Part shown: positions 23,601-38,053 of the stretch, piece by piece
Layout of the letters: each line of letters opens with the position of its first letter
Position numbering within the stretch: position 1 is the first letter of the stretch
Made by a program: the position numbers and the translations under genes
The notes under the pieces: model-generated
Told to the model about the DNA's origin: nothing
The model's database searches: none
Seen by the model: the letters and a program-made list of their open reading frames with translations, nothing else
NCBI GenBank assembly: GCA_973895155.1
Contig: OZ316892.1
Location: 17,908,357 to 17,972,356, forward strand
DNA length: 64,000 bases
Reading direction: 5' to 3'
Source: Marsupella aquatica
Lineage: Eukaryota > Plantae > Marchantiophyta

Positions 23601-25099
23601 ACCGGAACCATGACCCTTCACAGTCATTTTGAAGACTGATGTGAGGCCTATCGTCTTGACAACCCTAACCCGCTAGCAACCCTAACCCGGTAGCAAATAC
23701 CTTTGGAGAAATGAAAGGTTAATCCTCTTTTGCATTTGCAAGAGAAAATCTAACTCACCCCGACCCTTTTGGACTATCCTAACGCTCCGACAATCTAATG
23801 GCTGGACATTTATTACATGGAATTTTCAGAATTATGGAAGTCTCTACGTGGACCCGTAACAAAAAGTGTACTCTCTTTTATTATTTATGAAAGCTTTTTT
23901 TTCTTGGGACCAAGTCTATGTTTTATTTGTAGCACTGGATAATTGTTTATTACCAGCCCCATCATAATTGCCTATATGAAATATATTTGTTGTGTTCATA
24001 TCCACAGCTAAAAAGTGTTACTTTTTGTTATTTATGAAAGCTTCTATTATCCTGGTCCTGACCAAGTCTCTGTTTATTTGTAGCGGTGGATAATTGTTTG
24101 GAAAACCTCTGCCCCAATATGCTAATATTAATATAGGCTGGGTATTACTTACATTTTTGGGCAATCTGTGGATGACATTGAACATGCCAGCCCTATAAGA
24201 AGCCATCAAAGTCTTCCACACGGGGAAACTTACCAAGACTTCAATTTAAAAAAGTGAACAGGTGATATTTGTCCAACCCAGGTCCTCTCATGATGGACAA
24301 ACCTCCCCAGCTCTTGTGTGGGGAGACCAAAAAAAAGTGTGCATTTTCTCTTTGACCAAATGGATTTTGCACTGCATCTTTTCTGCTAGAAACAGAAGTT
24401 ACTTTGTATATTAGAAATGGTACCTCACAGCTGCAGTTTTACACTTTATGCCTAATTCTAGACATGCAAACCTATAAAATTGGAGCCTGTTGTGTGGATT
24501 TGACCTGTTTGGTATCCAATTTACTATACCACTTTCCAAACAGGGGCAATTTAAGCTAATTCTCCGTTACATAGTGATATTCTTGCAATAGTGATCTCTC
24601 ACAAGAGTGGACACCCAAAAGATATCTTAAAGAACCAAGAATTTTCCAAGTCATTCCAGGTTGGATGGAGCCCTCACACAGTAAGTGTTTTATTTCTTTC
24701 AAAAGAGGGTTTAAGAGAGGGCTTTTGCTACCAATGCTAAACTAGATTTTAACAAATCAGTGGTAGTACTCCTTGCTATGGAGACTACACCGGTTTGGCT
24801 TAGGGAACACTGGATGTAGGATTTACCAAGCAAGGGACCTCGGGGGTCTCACTATATGGGGACCTCCGCATCACCTGCGATGTTTTTAGGCCTCGGACCC
24901 CCTAGAATGTAAGATTTTTATTTTCTAAACCCCTATAAAGTTGGAATGTTCTTGGAATATTCCAAATTTGGATTAAAAAGACCCTATTGTTCTTCTACAA
25001 AAATTCTTAAATCTTCCCTTACAACCAATAAAATGACCCCATCCTTTGTCGCACATGATATGTCATTTTTATGGAAGTGAAACCCCCGAGCGAGGGACG

Positions 25100-25430
25100 C
25101 GCAATAGTACCTGGGTGCTTGCTACAGATTCCTATTGAATGTGTCTACACATAATTGCTTTTGTTGGAGAGAATTGGCACAAGGCTCTCTTTCTGGGCAG
25201 CATGCTTCCTCTCATATACAGGGAGAGTCCTTGTAAAGCATGATGTTCTTGAAATCCTCAGAGGCGTTGACAAAGAAAATGAATGCATTGACCAGAAATT
25301 TCCTTGGGGGGAACAACATGAGATTGGCGGGTCCCGGAGCCATCTATTGCTCACAAGAGACTTTCTATCGAGACCTAAAATAGGGGGCTTGGGCTGTAGA
25401 ACTTTTCAAGCTATTCTGACACCTTATTAA
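25100..25430 (+). pseudogene. L1-clade LINE ORF2 fragment (region after RT)
   Basis: YLG followed by LERIGTRLSFW...LSYTGRVLVK..VL and PKIGGLG, hallmarks of plant L1 ORF2. Confidence 0.75.
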
Positions 25431-26116
25431 GTAAACAGTTCACTTGTGATGATACAAACTCTGAGTGGGCTTAGGTATATGCTGTTAATTTGGCCTTACC
25501 AAGTGAAGGAACTACAATCTGTATAGTGAAATGAATATTCTATGAGTGACAAGATACTACTCGGTACCTTATGATCTTTTGGCAGACTACTTTATAGTGG
25601 GCAAATGTGGAACCCTTGGGAAATTGAGAGACAAAATCCCTGGTACTGCTATTATCCCGGTGGTGTCTAAAGCATCTACTAGGATGCAGCAATTCAAGGT
25701 TCATATGCAGTACCTGAGGAGGTTACGGATGTTAGTATGTATGGTAGGAAGACTAGGTGTGGAGGCTGAGTGATTTCTAGTTAGATGATGTGGGAACATG
25801 ATTGCCTTGATGTGGAGACTAGATTGAGCTGTTTGCAGGGAACACCTAAGTGTCATCTGATTCTATGTTGGACCCTCATCTTGACAATTCAAAACTTGAC
25901 TTTCAAAGGGAGTGTCTTTGATTCTCGCTAGCAACGGCGTTGGGCAGACAAAGATGTAGCAATCAAGAATTTTGGTCTAGCCAGCTGTAGAGTCTACAAT
26001 CTGATCCAACCGTTGTAATACAGTACATTAGTTAGGAATGATAGAAAATTTATAAATTTTGAACTTTTTTAACTCAAAGGTGTAATATAGTTACCTTTTG
26101 TAGCAATTTATATCAA

Positions 26117-27373
26117 TTGGACACTTCACCCCGACATTCAACTGAGTATTATTTTAATCTTGTGGTTGAAATGTGCAAAATGCTGGAGTGCGACTCTGAT
26201 CATTTAATTGAAGTTTTAGACAAGGTTATGTATAGATTATCTCGTACTACAAACCATGATCAGCATTTAGAATACTATGAAGATCTTGTCCACAGATTCA
26301 CTCAGATGTTTGGCTGCAACACCAAGCAAGTTTATTCTGCAGTTCGCTATCATACCTCAGCATCAGGTTCTCCCATTTATTATTCTAGCCCTCCTTCTAG
26401 CCATTCACCTACCTTTTCTTATAGTCCTTCAAATCAACCAAACCAACTTTTTCCTAGTTTTCCAGAACCTGAGATCACTCCTGCAGGTGAACATCTTGCC
26501 ATTTCTTTCCCTGATACTCTTCCACCCAGTAAAGACAAATCATGCCAAGTCAATTTTATCCCTAACCTACATATTGATCCAAAAACCCCTCAGGAGGGTA
26601 TTAAACAGTTTGCTGAATTTATCCAAGTTTCAAATCTTAGAACTCCTCCAATCTTAGAGTTTTGGAAGTACTATCATAAGAAGAGAGTTGAATGTCTCTA
26701 CATCTTGAAACTCCGTTTGTTAGAAGTCACTCGCTTAGAGATAGCAGAGATGGATGAAATCTGGACAGAACCTGAATATTTTCATCCCATTCTTGCTGTC
26801 ATGATCCTAGTTGTACACATCGTACTGGAAAATGGAGATTTGGCTTTAGCCTATTTTGGGAATCTATCTGCTTATGTCCTGGAGTTTATTATTGTTTTCT
26901 TAAGACAAACCAAGAGGAGGTTCCAGATGAATCACGAAGCTTCCCCAGTACAACCTGTTGTCCTCCAACAATTCATTACTCCAATTACCGAGAAGTAGAG
27001 GATCTGGGATAATATTACTTCTCAGCGATTAACAGAGTATACTCTAAAGTGGCGTGAACTCCTACCTCTAAGAGTCACTTTACTTCTACCACTTGCCAGA
27101 GACTCTGAGATATTCATAGCCAAGTTTTCCTCAAAACTACCATGCTACTTGCTGCAATTATGACTTCATTGGTATTTACATGCAACTAGCAAGGTAAATA
27201 CCATGCTACACCGGAGGCTACTTCCTGTTCTGGATCTTGAACGACGGCGGAAGTTTTTACCTTTCTATCGGCATCACGCTCAAGATATGGATGTAATTCG
27301 AGAAGCTATGCAGACAAATACTTTCACAAGAGTTCAACAACTAGATCAGACAGCACTACTTCAACAAGATTAG
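26117..27373 (+). pseudogene. orphan ~418-codon reading frame with two in-frame stops; family not recognised
   Basis: The ORF 26117..26998 continues in the same frame past TAG (26996) and TGA (27161) to TAG at 27371-27373. Confidence 0.5.
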
Positions 27374-30300
27374 TTCTCCTATGACAATAGTAAAGACGAG
27401 CCGATCTCTGCAATTTTAGTTAAGTAGTTAGAAAAGTCTCATATTTTTCCAGGAGGTAGCCCTTACGTAGTAGAACCTACCTTGAAAATCTAAACTCAAA
27501 CCGACATGTGGTTTGAAAGTTAAAAATGTTTTTGTTTTGCTGTTTTCCGCTTAGACGCAAAAACGCTAATGCGCTTATGCGCCCATGCTCTTATGTGCGA
27601 TGCGCTCACCACTTAGAAAATTTTCCGGTTTCCATTTTTTGCAACATTTTTAACACTTTTTGCCTATTTTATTGAGGCACTTAGAAACCTCAAAAAAGTT
27701 TAATATTTTGCTAGCATGAATAATATACATCAGAGACCACTTCAGCACTTCAGCAAAGTCTCACCTTTTCATGAATTTTAGTTTAGAAACTGAAATTAGA
27801 ACAAAACCCATATTTATTAGTTTTACCACAATTCCACTTTTACAATAGTTAACCCCTGAAATACCTTTTAGTTAGTTTTTCATCCCAAGAACATTCCATT
27901 GAACCATAAGTACTCCTATAGTACAATTTTGTTATTTTTACTTTACCCCATGACCCTTAAGATATGAAGGGGGATGTCCTTTCAGTATCTTATTTTCCTT
28001 TGGTTTCTGCTAACATATAAGTAGTAGTTCTCATTTCATTTATGGTGTGTGAAGAAATTTCATGAGCGATTAGTTGCAAGATTGCAACTTTGTTACCTCC
28101 ACCTTGTAAAGAGAACTCCATTACATATGAGTACTTAATACAAAGGATTTCTTCCCCCTTCAAGTCTAAATGAATGAGAAGTTTGGACCCTTGAAGTAAA
28201 ATCATTGTGAATGTTAAATCTTTGGTATATGTGGAAATAGATTCCTTGTTGGTGATGTTTCACATATTTCTAAGTTCTTGATGCATAGTTTTTGGCATGA
28301 CCTTGCTTGAGCACGGGTTGCTAAGAAGGATTACTTACCAATGACTTATGACTTCAAATTTGATCATGATGGTGTCTCTTATTCGTGAGACAAAGTACCG
28401 ATTGAATACAAAAGTGATTTATTACTAATCTTCACTATGTACCTTGGAAGGAAAAGTTGAGACATATTGACGGTATTTTAGTGATCATCCTAGTACAGTA
28501 ATCCTTTCCAGAAATGTTCTTGCGGATATACCACCTAAATCATATCAAATGAAGTTATGTTGAGGAGTCACCTTGGTTGTTTCCTAACTCCCTCACCATA
28601 CCTCAAGATTTCATTGTGTTTTGTTAATTGTTTACATTTTGTTAATTTGATTTTTAATGTTAAGCAAACATTTAAAACTATGCCTTGCTGAGCAACCATA
28701 GTAAAAGGCTCACCTTTGTGTTTTGTTACTTAAGTCATTCATAAGTGCTAAATCATAGAAAATCATTCCTTACATGTTTTTCCATGGGAACGAATATCGA
28801 GTTTTGGATCTTAAATGTTAATTTATGTCCCTAGTGTGATACTACAACCGTACTAGACCTGATTATAGTTACTCAAATCAGATATGGGTGAAGCATTACC
28901 CGTGGATGGGGGTGCCTGAGTATAGTCTAGAGACATTAATGGTCCTTTTTCTATTTAAAATTGTTATTGGGTCTGTGCCATGCGTGTTCTGGGCGGGGTT
29001 CCAAGGCGTGTTCACATATGGTTGACTCTACTTCATTCCTGGCCCAAGGGTTGTAGTGGGTGACCTTGGGGCTTGTTCAGGTGGCCTCCATTGCTACAGA
29101 GTTTGGGTGGTTTGCTTGCTGGCCCTTGGTTTGTGATCTTTTGTTCACCACTGGTCTTCATTGTGGGGTCTTTGGAATACATTGGACACACTATCGCCTT
29201 TCTTAAAGATTTTTCTTTTTTGAAATTGATGGTCTTTTGATTTATCTACCATGATCAGTTTTGTTTGGCCCATACTTTTGTTTATCTACCATGATACTGT
29301 TTGGCCCAGTTTTGTTTGGCCCATTTTTGAGAAAGAACATTAGGGGTATTTTAATCCACTTTTGAGAATTATAGGGTTTTTAAAGAAAATTGGGGAATAT
29401 TCTTCAAACAATTCACAAATTCAGGGGTAGAAATTAATTTTCTCGACTCTTAGGGTGTTTATTGAGCGTGATATGAGACCCCCTTGGAATGAGCCCCCCG
29501 AGTACTGAAGATGCTACTGGATACTGTGTAGGAGGGGATAGTCCCTACTGAGGACCCATGTTCATTGTTCTGATTTGAGAGTTAGTGACTGTGGCATACA
29601 TCCATTTGGTGTTAATTGGTGGGGTAGTTAACCATGCCGGCTCCAACTTCTTCTTTTGCTTTCCTTTATGTTTTTGTAGGCGGCGTTGCCTTACCAAGTG
29701 CTTTGATGCCTTTATGCGAGTTGGTTCCCCCCTCCTTGGTGAGTTTGGTCTGGGGTCATGTGACCCATCACATGCCACAAATAGAAAGATTTTCAAATCA
29801 TTAAAGAACTTAAGGAAATAAATGGGTTGTTAATTATTTAATAGTGTCACATGTTCTCGCATGATTCGTATTGTACAAATTTATTTAAAGCTAAGGGGAT
29901 TATAAATAGTAAACAAACCGTCGCACGTGATATTTGGCCCTCCCTATATTCATCCCACACCCTAGATTTTTGGTGCTAGGTTATTATTCCTGGTAGACAC
30001 TCTAAATTCCAATGAGTAACCATGGCTTGGAGAGCAAGGCTTCACAATCATTAATCTTTACTATACTCACAAGAGGTATCTGCTTGATGGGACCTCAGAA
30101 TGAAAAATATTACTAACTTGATAGGACTCTTTTTTTCCAATAGAGGGAGGGGCCAGCCCCGACAATTAACACCGGGGGTAACATCCACCCAGTCAAAAAG
30201 ATGAGGCACAGAAAAAGGAGAGGAGGAGGTCTTACCAACATCCAGCAGCCAAAAACCACTCATAGTGCCGCTACACCAAAGTTTGTGAAAAGGCAGTCTA

Positions 30301-31396
30301 GAGTCCTGTCTATTGTTCTCCTGATTCAATCTCGGGACATACCACCACAGGTCAAAAAACTCGTGGGTCGGTCCCGGTCCATCTCCAGCTGCCTAACACG
30401 AGGTCTATTCTCAGCATGAAAGTCAGCACTAGAGTATTGCCCCCAATCCAAAGCCCAATCCCTAAAATCAGGGACCAGTCATCCATACCATTGATTGACC
30501 TTCATGGACCTTGAATCAAAGTACCCAAAACCTCAGGGGTCTATCAAATAATACTTTTCATTTTTGGATTTTTGGGTACCATCAAACAACTAACTCTACT
30601 CACAATCAAGTATTCCTAACTTATTCCATATAGGGAATCCCCAGGCTGCAAGTTCTCTAGGCACATCATGAAAATGCTTGTCATTGGGATGGGCATGAGA
30701 GTTTGGACAAAGTGAACAAATTTTTTTAAAACTTTAATTTTAAATTTTGCTTTTATTCCACATGAACCCCACGGATGGGGGGACCCCGCAGGCCCAAAGG
30801 CAACAGAAGCCAAAGGGCCAGTGAAACAAAAGTATATCCAGCACCAAGTGAGGAAGAAGTGAACAACGCATCCCCAATATACAGGGTCATACCAACATAG
30901 CCCAAGGCAGAGCTGGGTCATCCGTGAGTTTTTAAAGTAACCAACAGACAAGAGCCTATCCATGGAAACACCAAAAAAACCAAAGGCCAGGCCGTATCAA
31001 GTCTTCTCATCCTAAAGAGTGCAGAGAAACAGTAAGTGGGCGCGTAAGTCCCACAGAAAGGAGCAGGTCCCTCTGTCTAACAAAGTAATCCTTAGAACGA
31101 TTCAAGTCTAACTATCCTAGTCCTCAGAATTTGAACACGTTCAGCCTCTAGGAGAGCCTTAGTGCCAGCCAGTCTCATATGTTTCCGGGTAGAACACAAA
31201 GCAGAAGCTGCGGCCGAGAGATGGTCTAGCATCTCCAAAATAGTTTGCAGCTGATTAAAAGTTTTCCTCTGAGAGGATTCAAAATCCTGGCCATTCCGTG
31301 CTAGCCAGATGCTCCAAAGTACCTGGTACAGCCTGAAAATTTTGAGAGCCTACACATGGGACTTCCTCACAAATTCAGATAACATTCCAACCAAAT

Positions 31397-32203
31397 ACCG
31401 CGCGTTAAATCTACACTGCGTTAATGCTCCGTGATCTTCCTGGGGCCCCGTACACTGCCCGTCCCAGTCCCCGATGTTGCTGCCCGCTCCGGCCCGAGTT
31501 TGCCAGAACATAAACTAATACTCTATCATTTTTTCACCCGCTCCGGCCCGATTAACATTGTGCCATTGACTTTAGGTTTATGTTTTACCCTTCACCTTTT
31601 GTCGCTCGCTCCAGGCATATCAACTTTGTGCCATCAACTTCTTCCTTGTGAAGTTGTGGTTTATGTTCTGGCAACATTTTTGTCCAACAAAGTCATGCCC
31701 CGCTAGGGAGTCGTGCTTGCTTCGTAACAAAGTCTAAGTGTTCAAGTACAGCCTAGTACTTTGGTTAGGAATCATGCTTGATAGAGTCTTGGTCGCTGTT
31801 CTGCCAAATGTTTCTTCTCTATGGAATTGTGGTTCATGTTTTGGCAGCACTTCTTTCCAATGGAGTCATCTTTGTTTCATAATAGAGTCTAAGTGTTCAG
31901 GCAGTACTTTGGATAAGAGTCATGATTGGTTTATGTTATGGCAAACTTGGGCGGGAGCAAGCAACAACAATGGGGACTTGGGCCAGAGCAGGCGAAAGCA
32001 AGTGAAGGGTGCCAGAACATAAATTCAAAGTCGATGGCACAAAGTTGTTCAAGCCGAAGCAGGTGACAAAATGGTAGAGTATTAGTTTATGTTCTGGCAA
32101 ACTCAGGCCGGAGCAGGCAACAACATCGGGGACTGGGACGGGCAGTGTACGGGGTCCCAAGAAGATCGGGGAGCATTAGTGCGGTGTAGATTTAACACGC
32201 GGT
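31397..32203. mobile_element. non-autonomous Mutator-like element (807 bp) with ~200-bp TIRs
   Basis: TIR ACCGCG(C/T)GTTAAATCTACAC... extending about 200 bp. Perfect 9-bp TSD CAACCAAAT at 31388-31396 and 32204-32212. Confidence 0.92.
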
Positions 32204-32225
32204 CAACCAAATCTAACTCTCTGTT

Positions 32226-32544
32226 AACCAACTGGGTTTGGTCAGTTGGCCAGAGGATGAGCCTAGAACCGAGAGGTGCCAGGTTCAATCCTCCCTCCAC
32301 ACATAAGGGGTGTGGAGGGTATGTGTGCGTGGGTGGGTGGGGTGTAGTGGTGGGAGTATTGATTATCTCCTCAGCCCTGGTTGCCCACTGTGGGTTCTGG
32401 TTTAATCCTCTATCCCTCGTGGTCTGGGTCCCTGTCGGATCCCTGGGTATTGTCCCCTTGTGGCTGCCCTACATAGAAATGCATGCTCCAAAGCAGGATG
32501 TCTATCCTCTATTGGATGGGTCTACTTTCGGTTTTCAAGGCAAA
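32226..32544 (+). mobile_element. tRNA-derived SINE (~320 bp)
   Basis: A-box tggtcagttgg, B-box ggttcaatcc and a short A tail. 17-bp TSD aaatctaactct(c/a)tgtt at 32209-32225 and 32545-32561. Confidence 0.85.
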
Positions 32545-35500
32545 AAATCTAACTCTATGTTGCAGAGCTGGCCAGCTAGCCAACCATGGACCTCCACCCA
32601 ACAGCACTTGGCGTGCCTACAGAAGGAGAAGATGTGGGGTATAGTCTCCAACACATTAGGACATAGTAAACACACTCCCGTGGACTTCCCAATCCTCCCT
32701 ACTTGGGTCCCAATCATCCAGGCTCAGGAGCCAGAGAAAAGCCCCTCAGCAAGGATCCTCCACAAAGGGAACACTTCTTGTACATATACATTGGTATTCA
32801 GCGTAGTACGGCCAACTACAATAGATAATGGAATTATAGATCCACCCCAAGGTTCTATATTACACTCCACAACCATATGGGGAGCGACAGACTGATTGAG
32901 AGTGTATAAACAATCTGGATTATCCACATTCCGAAACGTCACCAAGTCAGGTGATTCTAGCGATTTCTTAGAGGGTTAAAATACTAGTCTAGTGTGGATT
33001 TCACCCACAGCTCACACTGTAAAGGACACGTACCTCTCAACTGCCACGCAAACGATAGACTCCAACTCGCAATAGGACCCTAATATTGTTTTTTGGTGGT
33101 TTCTTAAAAACACGTGAGCTATTGGTAGATGCACTTTATTGTGGAACGCTGAGACCTATGCTTTGAGATGTACAGTAGATCACCTCCACTCATTTCCAAT
33201 CAAAGGATCCTCATATCTTAAAATATGTTTTGGTGATTTCTTATAAAATATCAACTATTGTTAGATGCAGTGTTATCTGGAACAGTCGAGTGAAATCGCT
33301 GACACTCACTTTACATCATAGGACGATAATATCCAAACAAATAATTTCCCAACGACATCATTAATAATTTGAACTATTTTTGTGGAATGTAAATCTTGGT
33401 GGGACCTACGTTTCGAGCCGTAGATGGCTACGTTCAATTAATGAGAATACAATGATACTCAAAAATATAATATGGTCTTTTATGTATACGTGTTTTATAC
33501 GTATACGTGAGCTGAGTACTCGCAACTGGATTTTAACGCGTAGTGGCTCATATCATTAGATGACGTTGAACATTCGCTATAAATACTAAAGCGAAAAGAA
33601 AAAGGAAACCAACGCAAGCCAGCGAACTGTAAAAGTGAAGCAAGTGGGCAGGAGGACACGACCGCCCGACCAAATTGCGTATTACAGAGACAAAAACGTG
33701 GGTTTGCCAACTGCGCGCAGCCATGAGTCTGCCCCTACGAGCCATTAATACCTAGACATTGGTCCCTATGCGCCATTAATAGTTAGACGCCTGGTCCGGT
33801 CTTCAGATCGAACCTCGCCAGGTACAGTATTATTACAGTAAGGCGTAAGCTCAGTCCCAGACTCCCAGCACTCGTGATCCAGGAGCGCCAGCGACACTGC
33901 GGATCTCTTGCCCTCATGCTCGGGACTTCGTTAATCGGCATCGCGCCGGAGTCAACACCCTGCCGGCCGGGCTTCTCGGCTATTTTGACGGCGAGTATAT
34001 ATCGCTCCCCAGGTCAACTCCGTCACATACTTTGCTCCCGGGAGCCCGTGAAACTCGAGGTGCTCCTCCGACGGAAGAGCAGGGCACAAAGTGCGGGATG
34101 GAATCTCGACGAGGTGGCTCTTCCCGGCGGGAAGCCCCCGTTCTGCAGCTTAGCTTAATCCTTAAGGTTTCTCCTTTTTCGCCGTGTGGCCATTGTCACC
34201 TATCCCAATTTTGCACCTCAGCTTGATTTTTAAGGATTTTTCTTTTGTGAGGTGTCTTCTTTTTGGCGGTGCCAGCTTCACCTTGTGTGAAGGAGAAGGT
34301 ACTAAGAATACTCCTGATAAAATTTTCATAATGTAAGTTGGGACCATATGTTCCTAGCGTTAAAGATGAGTGTTAGATTCTGGCTTATGGGGTCTGTTGC
34401 TAGGTGGCTAATGGAAGAAAGAAATTGTAGAAAGTTTTGCTTCAAAAATTAAGAGAAAACTACCATTTTACTACCGGTGGCTTCTTTCACCGAAGAGAGA
34501 TTGGGGCACTTTCAACGTTTTGCTGGTCTCTAAATTGTGACTAGGGCCATGCATTGGGGAGATAGCTGCTGTTCACTTTACAGAACATCGGGCGCCATTT
34601 TCTTATAAGCTCTTGCTGATCCTACAAAGGATGGAGTGAGTTCCAAGTTTTGCTTAGGTGGAACACATTTCCTATTTCTACTAGTGTCTCTTGGAGGTCT
34701 CTTCATCTGGCCTCTTGGTCCATTCCTATTTAGAGTGCCCCTCATCAGATAGTCTCTTGTTCTGAGCAAGAAGGGCTCTAGCCCAATAACTATGTGACTA
34801 TTAGGCAAAGTGGGTCCAAATCTTGTGTCCTAACAATCTCGTTTAGCATATTTGCTTCAGTTTGCTTTACAAGACATTGGGGGCCATAAAATGATTCCCA
34901 AACTCCCTTTTAGCTTCTGTACACTATCTTTACCAGGTTAAATTGTGTACATAGATTAGTTTTGCTGAAAAACTATTCAAACTGCCCCCACGTCTTGTAA
35001 AGCAACTCTGAAAGAGGCCAACAAAGTACAATGTGGAAAAAGCAAAAGAGGTCAGACAGGACAAACACTAAACTCAAAAGAAGACAAAAGTGAACTACAT
35101 AACAATAGACATACACGAGATAAAGATTTTCTCTTGCAATAGGGTGATAAGCTATGGTCCACAACTAGTGCAGTACCTGAGACTGACATGGATGCCCTCC
35201 AAGAGTCCAAGGGGCCAGGCCTCTGTTGAGGTGCACTAGAACCCACGGTTAGAGATGTATGATGGATTGCTCAAACTTGAGCAGGCTATAACATCACTGA
35301 AATCAGCTGAAAAGAGGCCATTGCTAAAATGGATAATGATGGTCATATCCCATTCGTCCATATATTGTGTGAATGTCTTGGGCTGTCTGCTGAATAGGCC
35401 CATCAAACTGATGATGAAGTCTCCAATATCTCTATAACAAGAGGGAGAAAACTATTGGATCACTTTTGTGCTGCATATTTCTCATCTTTTGCTGTTGATG

Positions 35501-38053
35501 GTGGTGCATTGTATAGTATGGTTGATAATAAAGTAATGATGAGGAAGGGTTCTTGAGCGTAAATGAGATGTTGGATGCTAGTGGAACCTGGCGAGTAGGG
35601 TTGGCAGCTAGATCTCAAAGAATTTGCAAGCTACACTAGGTGGAGAGTGTGTGGGTAGGTGCAGAAAAGTGCACTAGATCCACCTCTTGATACAAATAAA
35701 AGATCTTTCACTCTCGAAAATGTGTAGAAATGATACTAAGATGAAAAGGAATATGAACTTTCATGTAATTAAGTGTTTGGTTTGGTTTGAATTTGTTTTT
35801 GGTAGTTGAGCTGTTTAGAAAACCTCCTTAAAAGTTGAATGACTTTTGGCTAAGCACTCAACGTCAGAATCTACTTGGGCCCACTTCTTTCCATGCAGGA
35901 TTCTAGAACCATTATTAGAGAATTCTTGTATAATCCATTGCGCACGTTTTTCGATTATTATATTGTTCTCACTTAAGCTTGGAAAGAATGAAAAGAAGAA
36001 ATTAGGCGCACCCCTTCCAAAGCCACTCTAATGTATCTCCCACTTTCAGTGACTCACCACTTAACCCAGTTTGGCCACTCACTAAAAATAGTAGCCTCCA
36101 TTCAGACTGTCTTTCATTTTGCACGAATGAAGAACCGAGGCTACCCATGACAGATGGCACATGCATTACTGGTTATCTAGTATGGACAAATGTAGACCGT
36201 TGGATCTTGTATCGACTCACATGACCCGTTAAACCTTGACAAATTGTGACTTATCGATTCCACAATCAGCGCCCCCTGCTTGCAGTTTGATATATAGTTA
36301 TATACAATGAAGCTCAAGTCCATAGGAAAATGACAACCTGTGCGATTCTCTTCAAAAGCCCTCATTTCCGTTGCTGATTAGGCTAAAGTTTATCCCTCAT
36401 CCCTGCCTCTATTCCAACCAACCAACCTGCCAGCGGCCAGCCCGCCTGTTCCTCTGTCCTGGGGCCTGGGCCCTTTCTGGCCCCCGCCCTGCCGATTTAT
36501 TGCGCTGACTACATAAAGTAGAGATCCAAGCAGCATTTCAAACAGGTACCAATCCCTCTGGAGCTGTGCGAAACCGGTCTGGACTGCTTGGAAGAAGTGC
36601 GTAAACCGGGTTAATTGACTTTCCTGATCTGCCTCGAATTGAACCATTTACGACTGAATTTCATCGCACCTTCGTCCTCATGCCCCTCCGGGCCGTCCTT
36701 CGCGGGGCTTGAGTCGGCCCCCCCCGAATAATCGGCCCCGCAAGGGAATTACCGTAGAGGCGTAGACCATAGAAGTCGCCAACTCGGAAAGCGAAGTGGC
36801 TGATTGGCTGCTCACCCAGTGATCCTGGGTCCACACGTAGCCACGTATGCAATAGAACTGTCTTTTGGAATCGCAGAATCCGACAGTACGGATATCGTAC
36901 TTTTCATGGATTGATGACAGATCAAAATAGATTTCACTTTTTGGGAAAAAGGCAAATAAAATATTACCAAGCCGAAAAATTGAATATCCTCCTTGTCACC
37001 GAATCGAAGGACAACACGGCGTCATTTGGGATACAATCGGGCTGGGGGATAAAATCGCGGCCCTTCAAAAACAGAGGATAAAATATCGGCCCTGCAAGTG
37101 AGCAATTGTCATGAGTGTCTTTGACAGTATGACAGCCTCCACTCTAGAGTAGGTACTCTACTGCAGTTACCCAGCGTGGTTTCCCCCCCTGCTCTGGCCC
37201 TGGCCCCACCCGAGTTCGCCCTGCCCACCCTGCCCCGGCCATGCAATCCTCCTTCTCCTGACTTCGCTTGGCTTGGCCTGGCCTGGCCTTGACTTTGGTC
37301 GGGTTAGCTACGGGATTGTCGGGGTGGCGGTGGGTACAGTAATCGTATCATTGTACGTATGTTTTTGGAAGTACAGTACTTCGGGAGGACTGGAGGATGC
37401 AGGGGTCCGCCCGGGAACTGGGAGGGACTGGCGGGCGGTGATGACAAACATGATGACGAGGCGTCGAGGGGCAAGCAGATTCAAACAAGCGACAAAATTC
37501 GACTGTATAGTGGCCTCGTTTAAGTGCACACACTCTTGCGAAGAGCCCTGGACCACCTTGCATTTACATGTGTTTTACATCAGATAACCATTGCACTTCT
37601 CTGACTTTGCACTTCCCCTAGTTTGCTCTGGTTTGCCCAACTTATAAATCCCCAAAATTTGACCTCCCCTATCATTGGCTGGCAAATTAGTTCAAGGATA
37701 CCTTGGTTATGTAAGCTTGATGTTATTCAACAAATAAATTAGAACACATGATTTTACCCCTTTTCACAGCTTTCTTTACTTGTTTGTTTGAATGTTATTT
37801 TTTAATTTTCAATTGTTTTTACAGTTACAAGGTCTAATTGTTTTCTTTGACTTATTTCAAACACACATAATCTTGTTTGGTGCTTTTCACATAACGAACA
37901 GTTCTTGTTTGTGATCAATAGTGCTGAGTGACTGTACGTGCTTCCAGGGATTTTGAAATGAACTTCCCATGGGGTCTGTAAATATGGGGGCCGTGTTGGG
38001 AAATGGGTAAGAAATGAACTTCCAGACATGACCAGCTCAAATCTTTTATACTA

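Larger units (their letters stand above)
31092..32990 (-). mobile_element. L1-clade LINE ORF2 3' end (zf-RVT region), interrupted by a MULE and a SINE
   Basis: FPLWRILAEGL, CLLCPNVLETIPHIFSFCRHAKCCW (zf-RVT) and LWSIWLARNG. The frame is restored when both inserts are removed. Confidence 0.85.

Noticed and set aside
32089-32895. 268-aa plus-strand ORF
   Set aside because: It spans the MULE TIR, the SINE and the LINE antisense strand, so it is a chance chimera.
33500-37600. GC-rich patches with G-box/CCAAT-like motifs and many short ORFs
   Set aside because: No recognisable protein, RNA gene or consistent exon chain. An unannotated transcript cannot be excluded without RNA data.
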